Below, piece by piece: positions 54,413 to 64,000 of a stretch of 64,000 bases of DNA (its first letter is position 1; the number at the start of each line of letters is the position of its first letter). The notes beneath the pieces were generated by a model. That model did not search any database. It had not been told where the DNA came from and worked only from the letters and a program-made list of their open reading frames with translations. This DNA is from Alphaproteobacteria bacterium (lineage in GTDB: Bacteria > Pseudomonadota > Alphaproteobacteria > UBA7985), in assembly GCA_965228345.1 (NCBI GenBank), contig CBDDHH010000004.1, positions 2,620-66,619 of the forward strand. Direction: 5' to 3'. The position numbers were made by a program, and so were the translations under genes.

Positions 54413-54413
54413 T

Positions 54414-54617
54414 TTAATGCCCCACGCTCAAGATTGCGTTGGGGAGTCCCTCGATCATCTTGGTCAGTTCCCCTTCAGCCCAAAACAATCGCCCGCCGAA
54501 TTTGCGGGGTTGGGGGAGACGCCCCTTGTCCACATCGCGATAAATGCTGGTGCGTGAACGCCCCCCTAAGAGGGCCTGGACTTGCTGAAAGGTTAATAGT
54601 TTGGTGTCTGTCGCCAT
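54414..54617 (-). CDS. alpA: AlpA-family regulator / excisionase
   Basis: SRTSIYRDVDKGRLPQPRKFGGRLFWAEGEL. Confidence 0.9.
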   Translation of the reverse strand: MATDTKLLTFQQVQALLGGRSRTSIYRDVDKGRLPQPRKFGGRLFWAEGELTKMIEGLPNAILSVGH

Positions 54618-54908
54618 GTGAGGCTCCTTCGTTATGCACCGAAATGGAGCCCCTCGGCTGGCAAATTTTGAGAATCGGCTTGCCAGGGCAAAAATCCAAT
54701 TCTAAGCCAACGGGGCGCATCCAATGCGTGTTTCTTGGAACCCGCTCTCTTGAGCGAATCCACAAACCGACGCCTCAAGCTCAACTTTCCACTGTGTAGC
54801 TTGGGGCGTTTTGGTTTGTGGTGTTCCCGTAATGTGCTTTTGTATGGAAGGGCAAGATCAACTCTTGTGCAAAACCGCCAAAAAGCACGCGAAGAATTAA
54901 GAGATTTT

Positions 54909-55904
54909 TCACCCGCCCTTTATCAGAGGAAGCAGACTTTCAACGTACTGGCGAATCTCTGGGCGGGTTAGAATATATGAAGTGCCGTTGATCCTCGGGG
55001 GGCGAAAACTATGATTGGCGCCGTAAAATCGAACACCATGGTAGGAGGAGATGGGGCCTTCGGGTCTGCGCATACCCCGCACACGGGACCTAAGCGTGCT
55101 CAGGGGGATCCCCAAAAGCAAGGCTGTTATTTTCTGTGATCGAGTGTCTGAATAGTTGAATTGCAATGTCAATTCTCTGACCAAGGCTTTCTCTCGGTGG
55201 GTATCCACGGGCCGTCGCCCCGCCCGCATTGGCTTTCCCTCATCCAATATCAGCGCTCTTAGCTCCTTTAAGGACTCCTTCCCTATAGGGATTTGTAAGC
55301 GGTGTGACTGCTTCAGCAATAAAATTGCAGCGAGTTTTCCCTGCTTCTTTACACGCGCGGCGCTACGATAATCCCAATTCATTTGCCATTCAGGATCACT
55401 AGCGCGTTGTCTATCTGCTTGAAGTTTAGTGATCGACGGTGTGTATGCCCCCCCGTCGGCCTCAATCTGCTTTAGTATCTTCCAGTATCGGCGCGATAGA
55501 GCGTAATGGTAAAAAAACCTCATGCCGTCTCGATTCAGATTATGGCGAAAGAGCGAAGTATCGAGTTGTACCGCGCGGATGGCGTTTCGGATGCTCGTTT
55601 TCTCTAGAGCGAGAGCCCCATCAAGAGCCTCCTTTGACGGAAACATAGCTCTCACAACTTTCGAACCCCGTTCCCAGAGTTCTTCAAGGCGGAATCTACC
55701 CGTAGGCGAGTTTACGGTTTTTATAAACTCCCAGCGGGATATCTTTTTTGCTTCAACGTGCCATGCGTGGGCAATTGCAATGTCCAGCTTGTTTTGATCT
55801 TCTATGCATTTGTCCCGTTGGTCTTCAAAATAGCGCCTCTTAAATGCCTTCCATTCGCTGGCAATTTTCTCTCGTGTTGCCTCGTCTATCTTCCTTCTAG
55901 CCAC
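54909..55904 (-). CDS. Hypothetical basic protein with C-terminal HTH-like segment
   Basis: 331-aa ORF overlapping the integrase stop; ALLLGIPLSTLRSRV. Confidence 0.7.
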   Translation of the reverse strand: MARRKIDEATREKIASEWKAFKRRYFEDQRDKCIEDQNKLDIAIAHAWHVEAKKISRWEFIKTVNSPTGRFRLEELWERGSKVVRAMFPSKEALDGALALEKTSIRNAIRAVQLDTSLFRHNLNRDGMRFFYHYALSRRYWKILKQIEADGGAYTPSITKLQADRQRASDPEWQMNWDYRSAARVKKQGKLAAILLLKQSHRLQIPIGKESLKELRALILDEGKPMRAGRRPVDTHREKALVRELTLQFNYSDTRSQKITALLLGIPLSTLRSRVRGMRRPEGPISSYHGVRFYGANHSFRPPRINGTSYILTRPEIRQYVESLLPLIKGG

Positions 55905-57081
55905 GCCCGAACCTCACAACCTTACCGCCTTGCTCGCTGGTCAGGAATTGCCCCCAGCGCTCCAAGAGCGCCCGCCTTTGCTCCAGGTAGTCTGTGCGCT
56001 CGTAAGCCTGGGAAACGGCATCCCCCACCGCATGGCTTAGCATGGCCTTCCTCACGCCCTCGGGGGCGTCGGTGGCTTCTGCCAGCCATACCCTAAGGCT
56101 GGATCTGAACCCATGGGGGCGGGCGTCTAAGTCTCTGCTCTTGAGGTACTTGGTGAGAGTCATATCAGACAGCGGGCGGCCCCGCTGGCCTGGGAATAGC
56201 AAGCCATCGATCTCAAAGCCTTTGGCAATCTCAAGGACGCGCTGGGCTTCACTGGATAGGGGGACGCGAAAGGCCTTGCCGTTCTTCATCAACGCCGCGG
56301 GGATTTCTGCCAGGTCAGGGCCGATCAGGTGTTCAAGGCGCAAGTTGCGAACGGGGGTGCTTCTAAGCCCTGTGAGGATCAGGAAACGCAAGGCAAGTTG
56401 GGAAGGCGGGCCATCGGCAAGGGTCTGGTAAAAGGCGGGGACATCCTGCCAGGCCATGGAGGGGATATGCTGGGCCGTGTTCGATTGCTTGCCAAGTAAG
56501 GCTTCCGCTTTCTTGGTCGCCTGCATGTCCACATCCAGCCCCCCAGCGGCGGCGTGCTTTAGGGTCAGGTTCACGCGATTGAGCGCCTTGCGAGCAACGT
56601 CGGGTTTTTCCTGCCATATGGGCCTCAGGGCGCGCTCCAGGTCGCGGGGCGTGATAGCATCCACGGGCACCGTCCCCAGCTTGGGGAGGATATGGAGGCG
56701 CACGGGGCTATCCCAGCGCCCTGCCTTCCCTTCGCCTTTGAGGGTCGGTTTTAGCTTGTCAAAGGTCTCCTGGAATAGGGCGTCAAGGGTCGGGAGGGCA
56801 TTGGCTGCGGCGCGTTGTTCTGCCCGCTTAAGGGTCAGGGGGTCCTTGCCAGCCTTTCGAGCCTCACGCCATCGAGCGGCTTCCTCACGCGCCGCCTTGA
56901 GGGAGGTTTCAGGATAGGCCCCTAGGCCGATCTCAGGGCGTCGCCCATGCCATGAATAGCGAAAGAGCCAAAAGCCTTTCCCCTTGCCTGTGAGGCGTAC
57001 CCAGAGCCCGCCGCCGTCACTCAGCTTGCCGCTGGCGGCCGCCTTGAGTTGTGAATCCACCAGCCTATGAAGCCCTGCCAT
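55897..57081 (-). CDS. P4-type tyrosine integrase
   Basis: DGGGLW arm-binding domain, TGLR, HGFRSS, LSH, AY; adjacent to tRNA. Confidence 0.96.
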   Translation of the reverse strand: MAGLHRLVDSQLKAAASGKLSDGGGLWVRLTGKGKGFWLFRYSWHGRRPEIGLGAYPETSLKAAREEAARWREARKAGKDPLTLKRAEQRAAANALPTLDALFQETFDKLKPTLKGEGKAGRWDSPVRLHILPKLGTVPVDAITPRDLERALRPIWQEKPDVARKALNRVNLTLKHAAAGGLDVDMQATKKAEALLGKQSNTAQHIPSMAWQDVPAFYQTLADGPPSQLALRFLILTGLRSTPVRNLRLEHLIGPDLAEIPAALMKNGKAFRVPLSSEAQRVLEIAKGFEIDGLLFPGQRGRPLSDMTLTKYLKSRDLDARPHGFRSSLRVWLAEATDAPEGVRKAMLSHAVGDAVSQAYERTDYLEQRRALLERWGQFLTSEQGGKVVRFGRG

Positions 57082-57223
57082 ATTTCCACTCCCCCACTCA
57101 CTCCCCCATTTTTTCTGGGTACCCTTGGGTTATTTTGGGTTAAGATGGGACACTTGCTAACCGTTAAACTTATGCAGGGCAAGGGTTTTGTGGAGTGCGT
57201 TGGGGTACTATGAAACAAGGATA

Positions 57224-57310
57224 TGGTGCCCTGAAGAAGACTCGAACTTCTACGACCTTTCGGTCACAGGTACCTGAAACCTGCGCGTCTACCAATTCCG
57301 CCACCAGGGC
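57224..57310 (-). tRNA. tRNA-Leu(CAG)
   Basis: GCCCTGG...CAGGGC-A-CCA acceptor stem, anticodon stem CAGGT/ACCTG with loop TT-CAG-GT, long variable arm, GTTCGAG. Confidence 0.97.
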
Positions 57311-57382
57311 ACGGGGGGGTGGCTGGGCGTTAGCTGCAGGCGTGAAGCGAGTCAACCAATGGCCGATTGCTCGTAGGGTCTT

Positions 57383-57418
57383 ATACCAACGGTCATAAAA
57401 AGTGACCGTTTCGTGTCT
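57383..57418 (+). repeat. Hairpin end-module (11-bp internal deletion), left target half of IS110 copy 4
   Basis: ATACCAACGGTCATAAAAAGTGACCGTTTCGTGT-CT. Confidence 0.85.
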
Positions 57419-58987
57419 TGTCTAGATAATGTAGTCACGAGATAAGATTTAGGGGATTCACATGGCGCGATAAGTGTGCGATTCCATGAGCTTAGGAGGT
57501 CTTTATGCCCAAAGCTCATCGTCAAGCTCATCGTCGCCATGACATCTCAGATAGAACCTGGAGCCTGTTAGAGCCCCATTTTGCCTGGCCGTAAGGGCAG
57601 TTGGGGTGGATTGGCCAAGGATAATCGCCTTTTCATCAATGCGGTCTTCTGGATCATGCGAACGGGTGCGCCTTGGCGTGATTTGCCCCCTGATCTTGGT
57701 CACTGGAGCAATACGCACCGCCGCTTTATCCGTTGGCGCGATAAGGGCGTATGGGAGAAGTTGCTAGAGGTGCTGATTGAAGAGCCAGATTATGAATGGC
57801 TCATCATTGATGCCAGCCATTGTAAGGTTCATCCCCATGCCGCAGGGGCCAGAGGAGGCAATCAGGAGATGAGCGCCACAAAAGGGGGCTCAATACCAAG
57901 ATACATTTGGCCGTGGATGCGTTTGGTCTGCCGATCAGAGCGCATATTACACATGGTGCCAGAGCTGACTGCACGCAAGCTGGGAAGCTTATCGAAGGAT
58001 TAAGCGCTGACTATCTGCTGGCCGATAGAGGATACGACACCCAAGACATCTTAGACCAGGCTAAATGCCAGGGCATGACGCCCGTCATCCCGCCCAAAAA
58101 GAACCGCAAGCATCAGCGCGAGTATGACAAAGACCTCTACAAAATCAGGCATCTGGTTGAAAATGCCTTCCTCCACCTCAAACGATGGAGGGGAATCGCA
58201 ACACCATATGCCAAAAACGCCGCCTCATTCATGGCAGCTATCCATATCAGGTGAATCGCTCTGTGGGCAAACATCTCGTGACTACACTATCTAGATCATT
58301 TGGGGTAAGCTTGACGCGCCGATTTGGGGGTGGCCACCCCCAAATCGGCGGCGGGGCTGGATCGTTCGTGTCTAGGTGCTGCGTTGCAGGCACCGTTCGT
58401 GAGTTTGATCACCCCGTCTTTCCTACAAGTGGCCCGAATGGATACTAGGGAGCCAGCTGTGCGTCCCGTATGACAAGAAAGGGAACGCAAAGATGTCTCA
58501 AGTTACCATCGGAATTGATGTTTCAAAAGCCCAATTCGATATTTTTGTGTCAAATGGCCAAAACCATAGCTGCAAGCCTAATACCCCTTGCGGGATTAAG
58601 GCTCTCATCAAGACCTTGAGCAAGCTTCCTGATTGCCTGGTCGTTTTTGAGGCAACTGGCTTCTATCACAGAGCCTTGGAACGTGGCCTTGCTCAAGCCC
58701 AAATCGCTTACGCAAAGGTCAACCCTTGGCAAGCGCGATGCTTTGCCAACAGCATCGGCCAACTCGCAAAAACCGATAAGGTCGATGCGAAAATCCTGGC
58801 ACTCATGGGCCAAACCCTCCCCCTTGAGCCCACCAAGATACGCGATGAAGTCATTGAAACTCTTGGAGAATACCAAAGTCTTCATCAAGGGCTTGTGCAA
58901 ACGCAAACGCAGTGGAGCAACAGGAAGAAAGTCGTTACCGATAAGGCCGCTGTGAGGCTTGCAACGAGAATGCTCAAGACCCTCGAA
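57419..58987 (+). mobile_element. IS110 copy 4, left end interrupted by IS5, recombinase (58493-) truncated by IS481
   Basis: Identity to copy 3 at 57419-57424 and 58292-58987; all four guides retained. Confidence 0.9.
57425..58291 (+). mobile_element. IS5-family (IS427-type) copy 2, degenerate
   Basis: Near-identical to 15178-16043; extra T near 57580 and premature TGA 58252. Confidence 0.93.
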
Positions 58988-58991
58988 CATG

Positions 58992-60218
58992 TGAATTAGT
59001 TCAGACTTGATCGGACACGCGGGGGGCCATTTCGTACGAAATGGCCCCCCGCGTTCGCCCCTTGAATGGGACGGGTTGTTGCGATTTGTTGGTGGTGCAA
59101 ACCTAACCAGCAAAATGAAAGAACAACCATGCTGCATACTGACAATAAAATCATTCAACACAAGACGGGATTGCTTAACCTAGCCCAAGAGCCGGGGAAC
59201 GTGTCCAAGGCCTGCCAGCTCATGGGTTACTCACGCGATACCTTCTACCGCTACAAAGCCGCTGCCGATGAGGGCGGAGTGGAGGTCCTTTTTGAGCGCA
59301 CCCGCCGCAAGCCTAACCTTGCCAACCGCGTTGATCTGGCCACTGAGGAAGCCGTCATCAAATGCGCCACAGACTTCCCCGCCTATGGCCAGGCTAGGAC
59401 ATCCAATGAACTGCGCAAGATCGGTGTCTTCGTCTCGCCCTCAGGCGTCCGCTCCATCTGGCTGCGCCATAACCTGGCCAACTTCAAGGATCGCCTGAAG
59501 GCCTTGGAAGCCAAAGTGGCACAGGACGGCATCATCCTTACTGAAACCCAGGTTCAGGCTTTGGAGAAGAAAAAGCTGGATGATGAAGCCACCGGCGAGA
59601 TTGAGACCGCCCACCCAGGCTATCTGGGCTCTCAGGATACCTTCTACGTCGGCACCTTGAAGGGTGTCGGGCGGGTCTATCAGCAGACCTATATCGACAC
59701 CTATTCCAAGGTCGCCCACGCCAAGCTCTACACCACCAAAACGCCGATCACGGCAGCCGATATGCTCAATGATCGGGTGCTGCCCTTTTATGAGGAACAT
59801 GAACTGCCCGTCCTGCGCATCATGACCGACACAGGAACCGAATATTGCGGGCGGGCTGATAAGCATGACTACCAGCTCTTCCTAACGATATCGACCATAC
59901 CAAAACCAAGGTCAAATCACCGCAGACCAACGGCATCTGCGAACGCTTTCACAAAACCATCTTGCAGGAGTTTTATCAGGTTGCTTTCCGCACAAAGGTC
60001 TATGCCAACATCGACACGCTGCAAGCCGATCTTGATGAATGGCTGCATCACTACAACACCCAGCGCACCCACCAGGGCAAAATGTGTTGCGGACGAACAC
60101 CCTTTGACACTAGGATCGAAGGTAAACAAATCTGGAAGGAAAAGTTCCTAAACCAAACTTAACCTGACAGACACCAGCGGCAAAACGCCAACTGTCAGAT
60201 CAGGTCGGAACTACTACA
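58992..60218 (+). mobile_element. IS481-family element; transposase 59129-60162 frameshifted near 59885
   Basis: IRs TGAATTAGTTCAGACTTGATCGGACA / TGTAGTAGTTCCGACCTGATCTGACA (21/26); NVSKACQLMGYSRDTFYRY, QDTFYVG, TDTGTEY. Confidence 0.9.
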
Positions 60219-60293
60219 GGGCCTTGTGATTTGACAGCCACGGACTCTATAGGTATGGGTTGTTCCAGGCGGGCGTTCTGACCTGTCGAAGCC

Positions 60294-60878
60294 ATGGCAA
60301 CTGTGCCCACTTCTCTCACGCCCAGGTCGCTCATGCCGCTGTCATTTATGCCTATGCAAGTCGGCGATGATTCGGCTATGGAGGCCCTGTTATGGCAGAC
60401 CTTCGGGCCGGGCCGCCTGGCGTTGCCGTCCTATGCTTTGCGGGCTGGGCCGCCGCTCGATCGCTTGTCTTGGGTCGCGCGCTCGATTCAGGGCCAAGTT
60501 CTCGGGTGCTTACGATTTTGGCCGGTGGCCCTGGACGCAGGAGGGCCCGTGCGCGCCGCCCTGCTCGGGCCGCTCGCGGTCGATTTCGCCCACCGGGGGA
60601 CTGGGGTCGCGGGCGCTCTGGTGCGATTTGGGCTCCAGCGCGCCGCTGATCAGGGCGTGCATCTGTGCTTTGTGGTGGGCGAACCGCGCTTCTATCGCCG
60701 CTTTGGGTTCACCAATGCCGCCTGGTTAGGAATCGGTTGCGCCGCGCCGATCCCGCCGCGCCGCTTGCAAGTCTTGGAATTGCAGCAAGCGGCCCTTCAG
60801 CACCTCCCGCTCAAATCCGAGGGCGGGGCCAAGTTGATCGCCAAAATGATGGATGCGCCTTGCCCTCAATCATGCTAG
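60294..60878 (+). CDS. GNAT N-acetyltransferase (YhbS-like); start uncertain
   Basis: FGPGR, LLGPLAV...RGTGVAGALV, VGEPRFYRRFGF. Confidence 0.88.
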   Translation: MATVPTSLTPRSLMPLSFMPMQVGDDSAMEALLWQTFGPGRLALPSYALRAGPPLDRLSWVARSIQGQVLGCLRFWPVALDAGGPVRAALLGPLAVDFAHRGTGVAGALVRFGLQRAADQGVHLCFVVGEPRFYRRFGFTNAAWLGIGCAAPIPPRRLQVLELQQAALQHLPLKSEGGAKLIAKMMDAPCPQSC

Positions 60879-60887
60879 GGAAGCCCC

Positions 60888-61388
60888 ATGTCACAGCTCG
60901 ATAAGCGAGACCGCGCCTTCGTTAAATCTGTCATCAACTGCGGCGACTTGCAGATGCACATCGCCGTCGATGGGACCTGGTTTCATCAGGGCACGCCCAT
61001 TGGCCGCAAGGAACTGGTCAAGCTGTTCGCCTCGGTCCTAAAACGCGAAGACGACGGCACCTACTGGCTGGAAACTCCCGTCGAACGAGGGGAAATCACC
61101 GTCGAAGACGCGGCTTTCATCGCCTTGCGCACGGATCAAGTTAAAGAAGACTGGCAGTTTTTGACCAACATCGACGAGACCGTCTCCTTAAACGCCGATC
61201 ATCCGCTGCGCGTCGAGGTTGATCGAAATACGGGGGAACCACGCCCCTATATTGGCATTCGCGACGGGCTAGAGGCGCGCCTAAACCGCCAGGTGTACTA
61301 CGAACTGGTCCATGCCGCCCAAGAACAGGCCGATGGTCGCTGGACGATCCGCAGCGGCGGGCAAGACTGGGTCGTTGGATGGACCTAA
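60888..61388 (+). CDS. DUF1285-family protein
   Basis: DGTWFHQGTPIGRKELVKLFASVL, TPVE...VEDA, GLEARLNRQVYY. Confidence 0.88.
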   Translation: MSQLDKRDRAFVKSVINCGDLQMHIAVDGTWFHQGTPIGRKELVKLFASVLKREDDGTYWLETPVERGEITVEDAAFIALRTDQVKEDWQFLTNIDETVSLNADHPLRVEVDRNTGEPRPYIGIRDGLEARLNRQVYYELVHAAQEQADGRWTIRSGGQDWVVGWT

Positions 61389-61972
61389 GCCTCGCAGCGG
61401 TCAGCGCGCGCCTCCGCAATCCCGCCAGTTTAGCGGCGGAACTCGATACCGAACCGCCCAATAGGTTTCGTGCCGCCGCCGTCATTATCCCGTTGGTGGT
61501 GCGCGACGCTGGCCTGGCCGTGATTTTCAACAAGCGCGCGTCGCATCTGCAGACCCACGCGGGTCAAGTCAGCTTTCCAGGCGGTCGGCGCGACCCCAGC
61601 GACGCGTCTCTGCTGACCACGGCCCAGCGCGAATTAACCGAAGAATTGAGCATTGCCCCTCCTCAGCACGAGGTCCTATGCCGTCTGTCCCCTCGGCTTG
61701 TTATATCTTACTATGAGGTGACGCCCTTCGTCAGCTTAGTTGAACCGTCGGTGGTGTTGTGCCCTGACCCTGGCGAAGTTGCTTATGCTTTTGAGGTGCC
61801 CTTAGCGCACTTCATGACCGTGGGAACAGAAACGGCCATGGCGCGGGGCGTGTTCGGCGAAATGCGATGGTTTTACGCGTGGCAATGGCATGGGGAGCGC
61901 ATCTGGGGCGCCACGGGGCGTTTTATGGCCGATATGATTCGCGCCCTGGGCGCCGAGCACGTTGCCGCCTGA
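61379..61972 (+). CDS. Nudix CoA pyrophosphatase (NudL-like)
   Basis: HAGQVSFPGG, RELTEE, IWGAT. Confidence 0.9.
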   Translation: MDLSLAAVSARLRNPASLAAELDTEPPNRFRAAAVIIPLVVRDAGLAVIFNKRASHLQTHAGQVSFPGGRRDPSDASLLTTAQRELTEELSIAPPQHEVLCRLSPRLVISYYEVTPFVSLVEPSVVLCPDPGEVAYAFEVPLAHFMTVGTETAMARGVFGEMRWFYAWQWHGERIWGATGRFMADMIRALGAEHVAA

Positions 61973-63098
61973 TCAGGAAAATTTCCGCTGCTTGCTCGAC
62001 CGTCCTGCGGTACAGGATTTGGCGCGCATTTTGGGCGCGGACCAGATGCGCCTGGTCGGCGGATGCGTGCGCGATGCCTGCCTGGGACGGGTGGGGGCGG
62101 ACTTGGACGCCTGCACGCCCGTGCCGCCCGACACCCTCATGGCTAGGCTCAGCGGCTCGGCGGCGTTTCGTGCCTACCCCACTGGGATCGACCACGGCAC
62201 CGTTACTGCCTTCCACCTTGCATCTGCGCAAAGCATGGAGGTGACGACGCTTCGGCAGGACGTCAAGACCGACGGTCGCCATGCGCGCGTGGCCTTCGGC
62301 GCTTCCTGGGCGCAAGACGCTGCGCGGCGGGACTTTACTTTTAACGCGCTCATGCTCGACCTGCGCGGGCACCTTTACGATGAGTTCGGCGGCTGGGCGG
62401 ACTTGGTTGCGGGTCGGGTCCGGTTCATTGGCGACCCTGCGGCGCGCCTCCGCGAAGATTGGCTCCGCGCGTTGCGCTATGTAAGGTTCTGGGCGCGGTT
62501 TGGTCACGAACCGCCCGACACGGCAACGCGCCAAGCGCTGCGCACAGCGGCGACGCGTCTGAACCGCTTATCGGTCGAGCGGATTTGGCGCGAGTTGAAG
62601 GGGCTAGTCGCCGCGCCTGGGGTTTGGCCCGCCTTGGGCCTGTTTGAAGACCTGGGGTTTGCCGATGCACTCGGTCTGACCCTTGAGCGGCCTGACTCCT
62701 GCCCTGATGTGCAGGCCCTGAGCCCCGCGCAGATTTGGGGCGCCTTGCTCGGGTCCAGGACGCGGGCCACCCTTATCCGCTTGCGTGTTTCGCGCGCGGA
62801 ACTGGCCGCGGCGGATGCCGTGGCGCAGGCCTTGGCCAGTCGTGAAAGCTGGTTTGCCCGCCAAGTTCGCTATGGCACCGCGGCGGCGATGGCGGCACAT
62901 CGCTGGTGTGGCTTGGGCGGAAATCTAGCCGTGGCCGCGCCCTTTCCAATCACTGGGCAAGACTTGCGCGATCAGGGTTTTGCGCAGGGCCCTAAGTTGG
63001 GGCAAGCCCTTCAAGCCCTGCGCGAACAATGGATCCGCGCCGAAGGTCAGGGGACACGCGCCGACCTCCTGGCATGGCTTACCAAATCGACCACATAA
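61962..63098 (+). CDS. cca: CCA tRNA nucleotidyltransferase
   Basis: VGGCVRD, DLD, EVTTLR.D, RRDFTFNAL, EDWLRALR. Confidence 0.92.
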   Translation: MPPDQENFRCLLDRPAVQDLARILGADQMRLVGGCVRDACLGRVGADLDACTPVPPDTLMARLSGSAAFRAYPTGIDHGTVTAFHLASAQSMEVTTLRQDVKTDGRHARVAFGASWAQDAARRDFTFNALMLDLRGHLYDEFGGWADLVAGRVRFIGDPAARLREDWLRALRYVRFWARFGHEPPDTATRQALRTAATRLNRLSVERIWRELKGLVAAPGVWPALGLFEDLGFADALGLTLERPDSCPDVQALSPAQIWGALLGSRTRATLIRLRVSRAELAAADAVAQALASRESWFARQVRYGTAAAMAAHRWCGLGGNLAVAAPFPITGQDLRDQGFAQGPKLGQALQALREQWIRAEGQGTRADLLAWLTKSTT

Positions 63099-63961
63099 AA
63101 CACGAGACCGGTCCAAATTGCGGCAAACAATACCGCGCGCTTGGCGTCGAGCGTTTCGTTCAACGGCGGTAGCATGGACAAGATGAACAGGCCAATGGGA
63201 ACGATGAATTGGAGCAGCCCCAGCGATAGCAACGGCATCCGCGCCGCCGCCGCGTTGTACCACACCAGCGGCAGCAGCGTGACGAGACCCGCAAGGATCA
63301 GCAAGACCGCCTCGCGCGCGCTGGTTGCAATGAGGTAGGGGCCGCCCGCCCAGCCGTAGGTGAAGATCAAAATCAGCGCGATCGGCGCGATGAGCGTTGT
63401 TTCGACCGCCATGCCACGTTCTGCGGGAATGGCGTAGAGCTTGCGGAGGCCCCCGTAGGCAGAAAAGCTCAAGGACAAGAACAGGGCAATGACCGGCAAC
63501 TGCCCCATGGCGATGGTGTAGAACAGGACCCCTGCGGCGGCGAAGGCGAGCGCCCAAATTTGAAGGCGTCGAGGCCGTTCGCCAAGAATCGCAATGCCAA
63601 AGGCCGCCGTCATGAGGGGAGTCATGAAATACCCGATCGACGCGTCGAGCAGCCGGCCCGCCTGTACTGCGTAGATGTAGGTGCCCCAATTGGCGGCGAC
63701 CAGCACACCCGTCACGGCCAGAATCTTAAGCAAGCGTGCATCGCTGAACGAGGTGAGGGCGCCCTTAACTTTGCCACGAAAGACCAACCAAACCCACATG
63801 AAGAGACAGGACCAAACCGTGCGATGGGCCATGATCACCGACGCGCCCCAATCGGCAAACGAGTCAAAGAAGTAAGGCTGGACCAGCCCCCAGAACCCAA
63901 AGGCGGCGAAGGCAAACCCAAAACCCGCGCGGGTTTCCCTAAGATTCGTTGTGGCGGTCAT
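63047..63961 (-). CDS. rarD: RarD-type EamA transporter
   Basis: NWGTYIYAV, ASIGYF..PL, LGER, YGGLRK, GLLQFIVP. Confidence 0.9.
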   Translation of the reverse strand: MTATTNLRETRAGFGFAFAAFGFWGLVQPYFFDSFADWGASVIMAHRTVWSCLFMWVWLVFRGKVKGALTSFSDARLLKILAVTGVLVAANWGTYIYAVQAGRLLDASIGYFMTPLMTAAFGIAILGERPRRLQIWALAFAAAGVLFYTIAMGQLPVIALFLSLSFSAYGGLRKLYAIPAERGMAVETTLIAPIALILIFTYGWAGGPYLIATSAREAVLLILAGLVTLLPLVWYNAAAARMPLLSLGLLQFIVPIGLFILSMLPPLNETLDAKRAVLFAAIWTGLVFYVVDLVSHARRSARVP

Positions 63962-63984
63962 TTTGTTAGAGCCATTCGCATGTT

Positions 63985-64000
63985 ATACCAGCGGAGATTT
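63985..64000 (+). repeat. Start of another repeat / IS630-type end, cut by the window edge
   Basis: T-ATACCAGCGG. Confidence 0.55.

Larger units (their letters stand above)
39919..57237. mobile_element. ~17.3-kb integrative phage-satellite-like (PICI/P4-like) island at tRNA-Leu
   Basis: att direct repeat ATGGTGCCCTGAAGA at 39919-39933 and 57223-57237; int, alpA, primase, DUF3987, ori, terS. Confidence 0.92.

Overview
Alphaproteobacterial chromosome segment (GC-rich housekeeping genes: regA, obgE-proB-proA, lysR/doxX/pirin/yqjG, argS-SPOR-scpAB-tatABC-serS-pcm, cobN-moaB-udg, ETF-QO-ispE, GNAT-DUF1285-nudix-cca, rarD). It is heavily invaded by nested and mostly decaying IS elements (IS110 x4, IS3 x2, IS5/IS427-type x2, ISL2-type, IS630, IS481) and two non-autonomous repeat families. 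A ~17.3 kb phage-satellite (PICI/P4-like) island sits at the 3' end of tRNA-Leu(CAG) and carries int, alpA, primase, DUF3987, an iteron ori, terS, a PemK-like toxin and a type ISP R-M gene. The main result is an IS110 whose ~238-nt left end reads as a complete bridge RNA. Its four guides (TTCGTGTCT/CGTGAG for the target, ATGGATACT/GACAAG for the donor) match the element's own junctions exactly. They program insertion at a CT core inside a modular repeat whose ~44-bp end hairpins derive from IS630 termini and share a TGAC loop. This suggests a three-tier IS630 / MITE / IS110 system, with an empty target site and an apparent excision footprint in the same window. All calls were made by eye from the sequence and ORF track; no searches or folding programs were run.
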